NCBI GenBank assembly: GCA_944391615.1
Contig: CALXUE010000006.1
Coordinates: 17,665 to 81,664, forward strand
Direction: 5' to 3'
Length of the DNA: 64,000 nucleotides
Origin: an uncultured Alphaproteobacteria bacterium
GTDB taxonomy: Bacteria > Pseudomonadota > Alphaproteobacteria > RF32 > CAG-239
Shown here: positions 19,452 through 28,552 of the stretch, in pieces
Position numbering within the stretch: position 1 is the first letter of the stretch
How the letters are laid out: each line of letters opens with the position of its first letter
Notes under the pieces: model-generated
What the model saw: the letters and a program-made list of their open reading frames with translations, nothing else
What the model was told of the DNA's origin: nothing
Databases searched by the model: none
Program-made: the position numbers and the translations under genes

Positions 19452-20768
19452 ATGAGAAAGCTTAATTTGAGATTATTGTTAGGAACAATTGGATGTTTGT
19501 TAACCTCCACTTCGGTTCAGGCTGCAGTTGTGCCAACGAGTTGGACCGCTTTAAGCCCAATTAAGCTTTCCCCACAAGAAACAATCCCGCAAAAACAAGA
19601 TAATTCCGCACTTTTTGCCGTGGACATGAATGAAAAATTTCCCTCAAGGGAGGAGCTGAGAAAGCTGTTTGTCAAAAACACTTTGTATGATTATGGCTAT
19701 GATTATAGCTGGAACATAGGCACCACATTTCGCTCTGACTTTGCAGAAAAAATCACCAATTACGGCCGCAGCGATAAACGCCTCAAGCGAGAGGGTGAAG
19801 ATATGCTTTATGCCGCGATTATGCAGTTGCCGAAAGAATATTATCCTTACATCGGGCCATACCTGCACCAAGTACCGAATATGTCAGACAAAATCCTTCA
19901 ACTTCCGGGCATAAAAGAAACCAAAAACACATTTCCCGAACGCATATCTGAAGAACTGAAAGACATCCCAAACATAGAATTTTTGTCGCCATACCTATAT
20001 ATCTTATTGATACCGGAGATTTGGCCGAGCTACAAAGACCCGACCGAGTATCCGATAGAAAAAATCACCTACCCGAAACAAACTTATGATGCCGGCCAAA
20101 TGCAAAGACTGAAAAAAATAGTTCCCCCGGAAAACTATTATCCGAGCCGGCATCCCAATCAAGAAAATCTGGAAGACAAGCTTCGGATGCTAGATGCTAC
20201 TCAAACCTCACCGATAACTTCAGCCGATGTCAAAGCCTTTGCCCGAACATTAGGCGAAGTCAAAGATTTTGCCAAAACCATTGAGCAAAAGGCAGAATTA
20301 ACGGAGGCCAGATGGTTGATAAACCAATATGAAGCATCACAAAATCAAGCTCTCCCGATAAATACCTTAAAAGATATGGTTAATCCCTGCCAAAGGTTGG
20401 TGCAGCGCCTCAAATTAATTGGTAGGCATTTCGAGTTTGCAAAAATCGTTGCAAAGGAAGGCTTTTCACTTGAGGAATGGGCCTATACTTGTGACAAAAC
20501 CATAAAAGCCTACCGCGTCAGTAAAATGACCGCCTCCACACTGCAAGCGGTTATGGATTTACAAGATAATGTCTATAAGTCAGAACTGCAAAAGCTGCCG
20601 GATATCTTTAAGGGAACACAGGTTATTACGATGCTGGCAATACCGGAGATGTATAAAGCGCCTTATAAGGATGTGCAGGCCGTCAAAAAAAATCGTCGGG
20701 AGCTGGAGAAGTTGTTTAAAGAGCTGGATTATACGCTTGTTGATGCGCCGATAGAAATAATGCCCTAA
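19452..20768 (+). CDS. Hypothetical secreted protein
   Basis: It has a signal peptide (LLTSTSVQA) and no recognised domain. It is adjacent to 17987-19441 and possibly co-transcribed with it. Confidence 0.45.
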   Translation: MRKLNLRLLLGTIGCLLTSTSVQAAVVPTSWTALSPIKLSPQETIPQKQDNSALFAVDMNEKFPSREELRKLFVKNTLYDYGYDYSWNIGTTFRSDFAEKITNYGRSDKRLKREGEDMLYAAIMQLPKEYYPYIGPYLHQVPNMSDKILQLPGIKETKNTFPERISEELKDIPNIEFLSPYLYILLIPEIWPSYKDPTEYPIEKITYPKQTYDAGQMQRLKKIVPPENYYPSRHPNQENLEDKLRMLDATQTSPITSADVKAFARTLGEVKDFAKTIEQKAELTEARWLINQYEASQNQALPINTLKDMVNPCQRLVQRLKLIGRHFEFAKIVAKEGFSLEEWAYTCDKTIKAYRVSKMTASTLQAVMDLQDNVYKSELQKLPDIFKGTQVITMLAIPEMYKAPYKDVQAVKKNRRELEKLFKELDYTLVDAPIEIMP

Positions 20769-20810
20769 ATGAACAAGTTTAATATCCGGAACATACAAAA
20801 AGAATAAAAA

Positions 20811-21503
20811 CTATTCCGTCAGCAACATATACCCTTTGCCGCGCACAGTCTGTAAAAAACGAGGATTTTTAGAATCTTTTTCTATCTTTTTGCGTAGTCT
20901 GGTAATTTGTACATCAATAGAGCGAGGACTTTGCCCCGCGCCCAACATTTCCGCCAACTTTTCGCGAGAAAAAATCTGTCCTGATTTTTGGGCCAAAATT
21001 GAAAGCAGCGTTTGCTCCACAGGCGTAATATGAATAATATGACCGTCTTTAGAGTAAAGCTCTTTAGACTTCATATCATAAAGACACAAACCGAGCTCAA
21101 GTTGGGATGAAACATTTTTAACTTGAGAGACAGGCACGCGCTTAAGAATATTTTTAATCCTCAAAATAAGCTCTTTAGGCTCAAAAGGTTTGGGTAGATA
21201 ATCATCGGCGCCGACCTCAAGACCGGTAATACGATCGTCAGGAGTACCCATAGCGGTGAGTAAAATAACGGGAATATCACTGTCCATTCTAAGTTTTGTT
21301 AAGAATTCAAGACCGGATTCGTTTGGCATCATAATATCTAAAACCAAGATATCAAATTCAAACTGCTTGAGTCGGGAACGGGCTTCATCGGCATTTTTAG
21401 CTGAAGACACCAAAAAATCGCTCTCGCGCAAAAATCTCTGCAATAAAGAGCGAAGTCTGGTGTCGTCATCAATCACAAGAATATGAGGAACTTCTTTTTC
21501 CAT
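20811..21503 (-). CDS. Two-component response regulator, OmpR family (ChvI-like)
   Basis: The start is at MEKEVPHILVIDDD. It has a receiver domain and a winged-helix C-terminus (VRGKGYML). Confidence 0.75.
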   Translation of the reverse strand: MEKEVPHILVIDDDTRLRSLLQRFLRESDFLVSSAKNADEARSRLKQFEFDILVLDIMMPNESGLEFLTKLRMDSDIPVILLTAMGTPDDRITGLEVGADDYLPKPFEPKELILRIKNILKRVPVSQVKNVSSQLELGLCLYDMKSKELYSKDGHIIHITPVEQTLLSILAQKSGQIFSREKLAEMLGAGQSPRSIDVQITRLRKKIEKDSKNPRFLQTVRGKGYMLLTE

Positions 21504-21526
21504 ACCGCCGCACCGCCTCAATAAAC

Positions 21527-22222
21527 TTAAGATTTTTTAGCAGCTTTAGCTTTTTTAGATGCTTTTTTCAAATTATGTTTGTGTGCCTGATTTTTCACGG
21601 CAGACTTTACCTGAGAAGCCGCATTAATCACCTTTTGAGTAGCCGCCTTAACTTCTTTTTTTATCATTTTAGAAGCAGCTTCACCTCTAACATACTCCAT
21701 ACCTTTTTCAAAATATTGATAACCGGTAATAAATGTGAGAACACCGGCAATCCAGAGCAAAATTTCACCTGTAATAGCAAAGAAAGAACTTACCCCGCCA
21801 AGCAAGATAAGGGAAAGAGCCGTCATTTGGAAGCCGGTTTTCCACTTAGCCAGACGAGTAACCGGCAATCCAACCTTGACCTCAGCCAAAAATTCTCTTA
21901 ATCCGGAAACCAACACTTCGCGGCACATAATGATAACCACGGGAATATAGCTGATTTCATCAACCAAACGATTAGCCACAATGATGAGCAAAGCGGACAC
22001 CACCAAAAGCTTATCGGCAATCGGATCAAACAATCTTCCGAAAGAAGATGTTTCGTTTCTGCTTCTGGCCAAATACCCATCGAGATAATCCGTAATAGAG
22101 GCAATAATAAACAAAATTGCCGCCAACACCGACCAAGTCAGGGAGTGGATATAGATGGATAAAAAGATAACCGGAATAACAACAATACGAGAAATAGTGA
22201 GTAAATTAGGAAGATTATACAC
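21527..22222 (-). CDS. pgsA: CDP-diacylglycerol--glycerol-3-phosphate 3-phosphatidyltransferase with a Lys/Ala-rich C-terminal tail
   Basis: The CDP-alcohol phosphatidyltransferase motif is present (DYLDGYLAR...G...DPIADKLL). Confidence 0.75.
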   Translation of the reverse strand: MYNLPNLLTISRIVVIPVIFLSIYIHSLTWSVLAAILFIIASITDYLDGYLARSRNETSSFGRLFDPIADKLLVVSALLIIVANRLVDEISYIPVVIIMCREVLVSGLREFLAEVKVGLPVTRLAKWKTGFQMTALSLILLGGVSSFFAITGEILLWIAGVLTFITGYQYFEKGMEYVRGEAASKMIKKEVKAATQKVINAASQVKSAVKNQAHKHNLKKASKKAKAAKKS

Positions 22223-22286
22223 GGTATTCAGTCCTTAAAAATAAAGTTAACAATACAAAAACTAAAGTTAATATAATTCAAAAAAA

Positions 22287-24095
22287 TCAACTATGAAAGT
22301 AATTAAAAATTTTTTCCGCTGTTTTTTTGCTGATACCGGCAACTTTTTCAATATCTTTGAGCGATGCTTGAGAGAGTTCTTCCACCGAGCCAAAAAAGTT
22401 AAGCAGGTCATGCTTGCGTTTAGCCCCGATTCCCTCAATTTCATCAAGACGCGATTTAGTGATTGATTTTTCTCTTTTTTTGCGGTGAGTTCCGATGGCA
22501 AACCTATGCGCCTCATCACGAATATTCTGCATATAAAATGCGATGGGAGATTGGAAAGGCAAAGAGAAACTTTCTTTTCCGACTTGATGATAAAATTCTT
22601 TGCCTGCATTTCTGTCAGGCCCTTTGGAGATGGCAATAATGGCAATACCGGATAAGTCATAATTTTTCAAAGCTTCGTGCACGGCGTGCAATTGTCCCAA
22701 ACCACCGTCAAGCAAAATAACATCAGGCTTGTTTTCGGGCGTCATTTTTTCGAAACGTCTGGTTAAAACTTCTTTCATCATGGCAAAATCATCATTGGTG
22801 ATGTCAGGATTTTTTATGTTGAAAGTACGATATTGTTTTTTATCAAATCCATCAGGGGTGGCCACAATCATAGCACCGATGGCATAGCTGCCCTGAATAT
22901 GGGAGTTATCATAAACCTCAATACGTTGAGGAACCCGTGGCAGGTCAAAAACCTTTTTCATTTCGCACAAATTGGCATTAACCGAAGCTTCAAGAGCAAT
23001 TTTGCGGTCAATAGCGGCGGCGGCATTTTCAAGCGCGCGGTCAATAAGCTTGCGTTTATTGCCTTTTTGATAGGTGTTGATATGCGTTTTAAGAGCTTCT
23101 TCTAAAAAAGTTTTGTTTTGAATTTCATGCGAAATAACAATTTCTTTGGGCGGAATGTGGCTGTTATAGAAAGAGCTGAGAAAAGCTTCCAAGATTTCGG
23201 CATCATCGGCACCTTCAGTTTGCTTGGGAAAATAAGGTACATTTCCGCAGTTTTGCCCCGCCCGAATAAAAAAGACCTGAATGCAAACCAAATTTGACTT
23301 TCTGACAAGTCCGATAACATCACAAGATTTAATATCGGCATACTCAACACTATAACCGCTTTGCACATTAGTCAAAGCGCGGATTCTGTCTCGATAAAGA
23401 ATAGCTTTTTCAAACTCCATATTATCGCTGGCTTTTTGCATAAGTTCGGCAAGCTGTTCCTGAATTTTGGCGTTTTTACCTTCCAAAAAGTCAATAGCCT
23501 CGCGTACTAACAAGTGATAATCCTCTTTAGAAATTCTTCCGACACAAGGTGCCGAACACCGCTTGATTTGATATAACAAACAAGGTCTTTCTCGGTTATT
23601 GAAAACACTGTCCCTGCAAGACCGCAAAAGAAAAGCTTTCTGCACGGTATCCAACACGGAGTTAACGGCACCAATACTTGCAAAAGGGCCAAAATATTTA
23701 CACTTGTCGTGCCTTGCTCCGCGATATTTACGCAAAGCCGGAAAATCCGATTCGACATCAATCATCAAGTGCGGAAAAGTTTTATCATCTTTGAGAAGAA
23801 TATTATATTTGGGTTCTAGGTTTTTGATAAGCTCGTTTTCAACAAGCAAGGCTTTGGCTTCGTTTTCAACAATAATAAACTCCATGCGTTTGATTTCGGA
23901 GACCATGCGTTGCAAACGGTTTGGAAGCTTGTTGATATGAGAATAAGCCACAATGCGTTTTTTTATGTTCTTGGCTTTGCCGACATAAAGTACTTCATCC
24001 TTATCGCCGAGCATACGATAAACCCCCGGTTTTTCAGGGGCGATGGCGATATGCTTTTTTAATATTTCCAAACCGAGCCGAATGTCAGACACCAT
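22287..24095 (-). CDS. uvrC: Excinuclease ABC subunit C
   Basis: It has the GIY-YIG N-terminus (GVYRMLGDKDEVLYVGKAKNIKKR), a UvrBC domain and a C-terminal HhH. Confidence 0.9.
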   Translation of the reverse strand: MVSDIRLGLEILKKHIAIAPEKPGVYRMLGDKDEVLYVGKAKNIKKRIVAYSHINKLPNRLQRMVSEIKRMEFIIVENEAKALLVENELIKNLEPKYNILLKDDKTFPHLMIDVESDFPALRKYRGARHDKCKYFGPFASIGAVNSVLDTVQKAFLLRSCRDSVFNNRERPCLLYQIKRCSAPCVGRISKEDYHLLVREAIDFLEGKNAKIQEQLAELMQKASDNMEFEKAILYRDRIRALTNVQSGYSVEYADIKSCDVIGLVRKSNLVCIQVFFIRAGQNCGNVPYFPKQTEGADDAEILEAFLSSFYNSHIPPKEIVISHEIQNKTFLEEALKTHINTYQKGNKRKLIDRALENAAAAIDRKIALEASVNANLCEMKKVFDLPRVPQRIEVYDNSHIQGSYAIGAMIVATPDGFDKKQYRTFNIKNPDITNDDFAMMKEVLTRRFEKMTPENKPDVILLDGGLGQLHAVHEALKNYDLSGIAIIAISKGPDRNAGKEFYHQVGKESFSLPFQSPIAFYMQNIRDEAHRFAIGTHRKKREKSITKSRLDEIEGIGAKRKHDLLNFFGSVEELSQASLKDIEKVAGISKKTAEKIFNYFHS

Positions 24096-24115
24096 AAAAC
24101 TCCAAATATCACAAA

Positions 24116-25684
24116 TTATTTTTGATTATGATATATTTTTTGCAAGAGTAAACCAAATTTTTGAGTTTGTGAATTTTGTTTTGGTGGATTAATGAGATTA
24201 TCAACGGCTTGAGAGATTTGTTTAATCCATTTTTTATCATTATCACCAAAGAAATCGACATATTGTGTTAAAAAGTTGCTAGCCTCAGGATTAGATTTAA
24301 GCTGTTTTTCAAAATTCCACGCCTGCTCTTCAGCATTTGAAACAAAGGTGTCATAAGCAGCATAAAGTTTCTGCCATTGAGGATATTTTTCGCCTAACAT
24401 CTGAGAGATAAGATTTTTTGTTTGTTCAATTTTTTCAGAGTTATGATGAAGGCGCCATTCTGCATATTGATAAAAAAGCTTGCGCATAGTATCAGAAATA
24501 GAGTCGGAAAACTCTTTAGAATGATTATCCCCCATATAATAGGCAATCATTTCACTGCGTCTGGAAACAGGCTTATATATTTTGGAAACAAATTCAGAGT
24601 AGTGGTGCCGATTAACATATTGCATCATATCGCAAAACTTCATAACATCCAAATCCGAAAAATAAACATAATCTTTTTTTTGTGAAGAGAAAATATCCAC
24701 GCAATGAGAAAGTTCGTGCGTAATATGACGTATATTGTCTTTGCTTTTATAAAAAGCTGTATTTGCGCCAACAACGGGAATTTGGCTTTTTTTAACAATG
24801 GCAAAAGCGGGAGATTTTCCTTCTTTAAGATTGGATGCAATCAAGGATGAAGCTGAGTCCAAAACCAAAAACACCCCGTTGTTTATATTAAAGAAGAGAT
24901 GAAGATTTTTGTTTTCGTCTTTTGCCTGCAAGGCATAGGAATCAATATTTCTGAGCATATCACCGGCCCAAAAATAGTTATCGGCATAAGTAGCCTGGTC
25001 ATAAACCATTTTGTTTAAGGATAGAGATTTAGCGGTTTGGGTTGCCTCAATCCAAAAATTTTCATCAAAAGAGTTTTGCATCAACACAATATTTTGAAAA
25101 CAAGGTGCTTTTTTGAGCCAAGCAGAGGCGTTTTTATCAGCCAGATTTATTTTACGAAAGAGCTCATCATCAAGCATCACCCAATTTTGCTCGGAGTGTA
25201 AATCTTGCCATTCAAATGATTTTAAGCATTTTTGGAATCTTTTTTTGAAAAAGGTATAAATCTGCCATCTGTCAATTTGTGCGGGGGTACGTTTTTTTAT
25301 GTGATGAGCAGGCCAAGAATCCCGTCCCAAAAACTCAGCTTCTTTAACAAGAACATCTTGCGGAGCATCGGCACGAAAGAACTTATACCCGACAGGAGTA
25401 CCGATTCTATCCGTCCCATTCAAAAAGTCTTTTTCAAGGGAATGTATGGAATCATCTGCGCCATTGAAAAAATAGGTTCGCCAAAATTTTTTTACAAATT
25501 TCAAATCAGCGCTATAAGCAAGCAAAGCCAAAACGCTGTCTCTTCTTTCGGGATAAGGCGGTATGTAGTTGGAAAACTCAACCATAGAACGAGTATCCGG
25601 AAAATAGCGTTTCAAAGTATCTATCCGGTGGAATTTGACAATTTCATAAGCAATTTTGTTATCTAAAATTTTATTATATTGCAT
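24116..25684 (-). CDS. Hypothetical protein carrying an HExxH motif (possible zinc metallopeptidase-like)
   Basis: It has a single HELSH motif (ITHELSHCVD) and no signal peptide. The probable start is at MQYNKILDN. Confidence 0.35.
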   Translation of the reverse strand: MQYNKILDNKIAYEIVKFHRIDTLKRYFPDTRSMVEFSNYIPPYPERRDSVLALLAYSADLKFVKKFWRTYFFNGADDSIHSLEKDFLNGTDRIGTPVGYKFFRADAPQDVLVKEAEFLGRDSWPAHHIKKRTPAQIDRWQIYTFFKKRFQKCLKSFEWQDLHSEQNWVMLDDELFRKINLADKNASAWLKKAPCFQNIVLMQNSFDENFWIEATQTAKSLSLNKMVYDQATYADNYFWAGDMLRNIDSYALQAKDENKNLHLFFNINNGVFLVLDSASSLIASNLKEGKSPAFAIVKKSQIPVVGANTAFYKSKDNIRHITHELSHCVDIFSSQKKDYVYFSDLDVMKFCDMMQYVNRHHYSEFVSKIYKPVSRRSEMIAYYMGDNHSKEFSDSISDTMRKLFYQYAEWRLHHNSEKIEQTKNLISQMLGEKYPQWQKLYAAYDTFVSNAEEQAWNFEKQLKSNPEASNFLTQYVDFFGDNDKKWIKQISQAVDNLINPPKQNSQTQKFGLLLQKIYHNQK

Positions 25685-25826
25685 AAAATCAATCCCTAAA
25701 ACACAGGTAAGATAACATATAAAGACAAAAAAGTCCACAATTTTGTCATAATTTTTTTAGTGATTCATTAATTTTTTTATGCTATAATCAAATATAGATT
25801 AAAACGAAAGAGAGGGAGAATCACCA

Positions 25827-25999
25827 TGTCGGAATTAGGCGCGGTAAGCTCATATGCTCTTGCGGTGCAGGAAATGCAAATGTCCCTGATAAAGGAGCAG
25901 ATAGAGGCACAACAACAAATGGTAGAAGTATTGCTTGATCCGGATAGAAGCGTTCCGGTGTCAAAAACCGTTGGTCAAAACGTAGATATGTCGTTATAA
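25827..25999 (+). CDS. Small YjfB-like (putative motility) protein, about 57 aa; not in the ORF track
   Basis: It starts at an ATG with SD GAGGGAG at -8, is preceded by an extended -10 TGCTATAAT (25777-25785), and is followed by the terminator at 26025-26048. MSELGAVSSYALAVQEMQMSLIKEQIEAQQQMVEVLL resembles the short YjfB motility-protein family. Confidence 0.4.
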
Positions 26000-26024
26000 A
26001 TGAAGACAAACAATTCAAAAAAAA

Positions 26025-26048
26025 CAGCCAATTAAGGCTGTTTTTTTT
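26025..26048 (+). terminator. Rho-independent terminator
   Basis: CAGCC-aattaa-GGCTG is followed by TTTTTTTT. Confidence 0.6.
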
Positions 26049-26060
26049 AGTACAGAAAAA

Positions 26061-26378
26061 TTAAATAATGATAAAGTTAATAAACAACCCGCCGCAAATA
26101 CTCGAAAAATAAAAGGCCACAACGGAGGTGAATGTGTGTTTCAACATTTGTTTATAATCAAGGGACACACCATCATCCAAAAAACGTTGATTCAACGTAA
26201 AATTATAGAGTAGGGCAACTAAAATCACCAACAAGGCAAAAGCCCAATTTTTATAAAGAGCCAAAATTTGCTCCAAATCGAGCCAAATACCTTCAATAAG
26301 GCCAAACAAAATTCCCAACATCACCATCGGATGAAAGATAATACCGCTGGTAAAAAGAGCCATCAAGCCTTTAATCAT
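26061..26378 (-). CDS. Hypothetical small membrane protein
   Basis: It has three hydrophobic segments and no recognised family. Confidence 0.4.
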   Translation of the reverse strand: MIKGLMALFTSGIIFHPMVMLGILFGLIEGIWLDLEQILALYKNWAFALLVILVALLYNFTLNQRFLDDGVSLDYKQMLKHTFTSVVAFYFSSICGGLFINFIII

Positions 26379-26380
26379 GC

Positions 26381-26629
26381 TTAAAACCGCCCTTTAATAC
26401 GTTTTGAGAAAAAATTAGAATCACTTTCTTTAATGGAGCTAGGCCAAATAAAGCGTTGTCTGGAGGGGTTAGCAACAACTTCACCGTTTTTAATAATGGT
26501 AGAAGCAATCATAGAGATGTTGCCATGTTTCACTTTAGACTGAGAATTAAATCTAGACCAGTCAAAATTTTCAAAATCACGTGTATCCATAAACACCTCC
26601 ATAGCGTAACAGGAACATATAGAGTACAT
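26381..26629 (-). CDS. Hypothetical protein
   Basis: The ORF abuts 26061-26378 on the same strand and has no recognised family. Confidence 0.3.
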   Translation of the reverse strand: MYSICSCYAMEVFMDTRDFENFDWSRFNSQSKVKHGNISMIASTIIKNGEVVANPSRQRFIWPSSIKESDSNFFSKRIKGRF

Positions 26630-26741
26630 AATAAGTTGAAAAAGTAAACAAAAATTTAATCGATAAAGAAAAATAACTTGAGAAGAATAAAATTAGCAAA
26701 AAAAGATTGCCTAAACCCTTGTCAATCCTTGAAAATTTCTA

Positions 26742-26770
26742 TTTACAGCTTTTTATTTCTGTGCTATAAT
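26742..26770 (+). promoter_or_regulatory. Sigma70-type promoter of cassette 1 (TTTACA-17 bp-TATAAT) with an upstream CCTTG direct repeat
   Basis: The -35 TTTACA is at 26742-26747 and the -10 TATAAT at 26765-26770. The same 100-bp block is found at 39702-39799 and, inverted, at 35690-35788. CCTTGtcaatCCTTGaaaa lies at 26717-26735. Confidence 0.7.
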
Positions 26771-26806
26771 ACGAGTCGTGGAGATAAGTTGAAAGGTGTT
26801 TCGAAA

Positions 26807-27646
26807 ATGAAAAAACAAACTTTTTTGTTTTCAGCATGCAATGCTTTATTATGGCTTTTTAGTTATAATAATGTATATGCTGATGTTTCAAATTTCAAGA
26901 CAACAGACAAGGATTTTTTGACCAACACACAACACACACAGTTTTTGTCTGATGCCTCCGGCTTATCTCCCGATAAGTTTATCAAAGTTGCACAAGTTTG
27001 CTGGATTATGGACACCGGTGAATGTTTTGGTGTTAACTTTATTTCCGCTGACAGAGATTTGAATAATCCCTCTAACCCTGAAGATTATGTTCCCAAAGGG
27101 CCGGCTGATTGTATTGAAGAAGGTTATACCGTTACCAACTGTCCCAATGGCTATAAGGGCAACAAAGAATGTTTGTATGCCAAAGGGTATTATGCCGAAT
27201 GTATTGAAGACTGCCCCAGTAATTATAAACAATGTGAAGAGCCTTATCATGGTGTGGGGCAAGTTTGCGGCGATGGTTATTATGCCAGTTGTCAATGCGA
27301 CTACTGTGACGGATATTCCTACAAAAAAGAAGATATTCCCGATGGCTATGTGGCAGATGGTGAGCCTTGTAATTCATGCAATGGTCCAAGGTATAAAATC
27401 AAAGTCAACCCTTGTGAGGGTTATCAAGACTGCGGCTCGATGGGCGGCAAGGTCGGGGCAACATCCTGCTTGTCGGGCACGAATATGATGTATAGCGAAT
27501 GCAAACCTTGCCCGAGCTTAGGGGAATATGACACCTGTCCGCCGTGTTCGGTCTGTTCTTATGAAGAATGTTCCAACAAATATTATGTGACGGGTTGTGC
27601 TGCGGGCTGTCAAGATTACTGCGACTACTGCGCTTTTGAACAATAA
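26807..27646 (+). CDS. Cassette 1 gene A: secreted, extremely Cys-rich repeat protein of unknown family
   Basis: The start is at MKKQTF, downstream of the conserved promoter. It has a signal peptide (..NNVYA/DV) and more than 40 Cys in repeated CPxxY / GYYAxC / CxxC spacing. Paralogs lie at 34843-35682, 39803-40681 and 63826 to beyond 64000. Confidence 0.75.
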   Translation: MKKQTFLFSACNALLWLFSYNNVYADVSNFKTTDKDFLTNTQHTQFLSDASGLSPDKFIKVAQVCWIMDTGECFGVNFISADRDLNNPSNPEDYVPKGPADCIEEGYTVTNCPNGYKGNKECLYAKGYYAECIEDCPSNYKQCEEPYHGVGQVCGDGYYASCQCDYCDGYSYKKEDIPDGYVADGEPCNSCNGPRYKIKVNPCEGYQDCGSMGGKVGATSCLSGTNMMYSECKPCPSLGEYDTCPPCSVCSYEECSNKYYVTGCAAGCQDYCDYCAFEQ

Positions 27647-27691
27647 TCAGGGAAAGAGAGAGAAAGTTTAATTATTATTTAGGAGGAGAAA

Positions 27692-28489
27692 ATGAGAAAG
27701 TTTTTATTATATTCATCGGCTTTGGCGTTAGGTTTGAGCGGGGTGGCTGAGGCGGCCTGCATCCAAACACCAACGTGTTCATCTTTGGGCTACACCTCAA
27801 CTTCATCTTGCACCGGCGGAACCAAATGCCCCTTTGGCAATTACTGGAACTGCACCGCAGCTGACTTAAATAATAAGATTACGGAACTTGAAACCCAAAT
27901 CACTGAACTCAAAAAAGAAATGGTAATGTCTAACTGCCAAGTTGGTGATGTTTTGTATTCGGATATGACGATTAATCCTGATTATGTTAGTGGCAAAACA
28001 CCAATCGGCGTGGTATTTGATTGTCGAAAAAAATTAGCGATAGGGTTGGAGCAATCTGACGAAGAGTGGTCAATTACCGATGATTTTGATGTTCCTGGGG
28101 TTGAAAATATTACAGATACAACGAAGGTTTTGCAAGATATGGATGGAAAAAAGAATACGAGTACAATATTAGCCTATTGTAAAACAAAAGGGAAGCGTTG
28201 TCCGGCGTTTGAGTATGTGAATAGTTATAAAACAGAAGGAACTCAAGCAGGGGATTGGTACTTACCATCTATGGGAGAATTATATGCGATATATGGTAAT
28301 ATGGGTGTATTGAATGTTACGTTAATAAAAATAGTGGCAACAAGGCTTGTTGCAAGTTACTATTGGTCTTCTTCCGAGTATTCAAGCACCGACGCGTGGA
28401 ATTTGAGGTTCAGTAGCGGTAACGTGAACTACAACGATAAGTACCACAGTGCCGATTTCGGTTACGTTCGCCCAGTCCTAGCTTTTTAG
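27692..28489 (+). CDS. Cassette 1 gene B: secreted protein with a Cys-motif N-module, a coiled coil and a DUF1566/Fib_succ_major-like C-terminal domain
   Basis: It has an RBS GGAGGAG and a signal peptide (GVAEA/AC). The N-module is AACIQTPTCSSLGYTSTSSCTGGTKCPFGNYWNC, followed by a KITELETQITELKK heptad. The C-terminus PIGVVFD...AGDWYLPSMGELYAIYGN...YYWSSSEYSSTDAWNLRFSSGNV...YVRPVLAF resembles the Lcl C-terminal/DUF1566 pattern. Confidence 0.75.
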   Translation: MRKFLLYSSALALGLSGVAEAACIQTPTCSSLGYTSTSSCTGGTKCPFGNYWNCTAADLNNKITELETQITELKKEMVMSNCQVGDVLYSDMTINPDYVSGKTPIGVVFDCRKKLAIGLEQSDEEWSITDDFDVPGVENITDTTKVLQDMDGKKNTSTILAYCKTKGKRCPAFEYVNSYKTEGTQAGDWYLPSMGELYAIYGNMGVLNVTLIKIVATRLVASYYWSSSEYSSTDAWNLRFSSGNVNYNDKYHSADFGYVRPVLAF

Positions 28490-28518
28490 GTTCTTAATCA
28501 AAAACTCAAAAGCCCGTT

Positions 28519-28545
28519 CATTATGAGCGGGCTTTGGCTTAAGGT
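28519..28545. terminator. Bidirectional hairpin terminator between cassette 1 gene B and ispA
   Basis: AAAGCCCGTTCAT-t-ATGAGCGGGCTTT. The same stem core also follows cassettes 2 and 3. Confidence 0.6.
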
Positions 28546-28552
28546 GTCATCC

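Noticed and set aside
26963-27488. Antisense and alternative-frame ORFs inside the A genes that are conserved across copies (26963-27295, 27087-27488, 35001-35402, 35062-35526, 40074-40349)
   Set aside because: They are conserved only because the underlying DNA is duplicated. They lack starts with an RBS, and the sense-frame Cys-rich proteins have a signal peptide, promoter and RBS.
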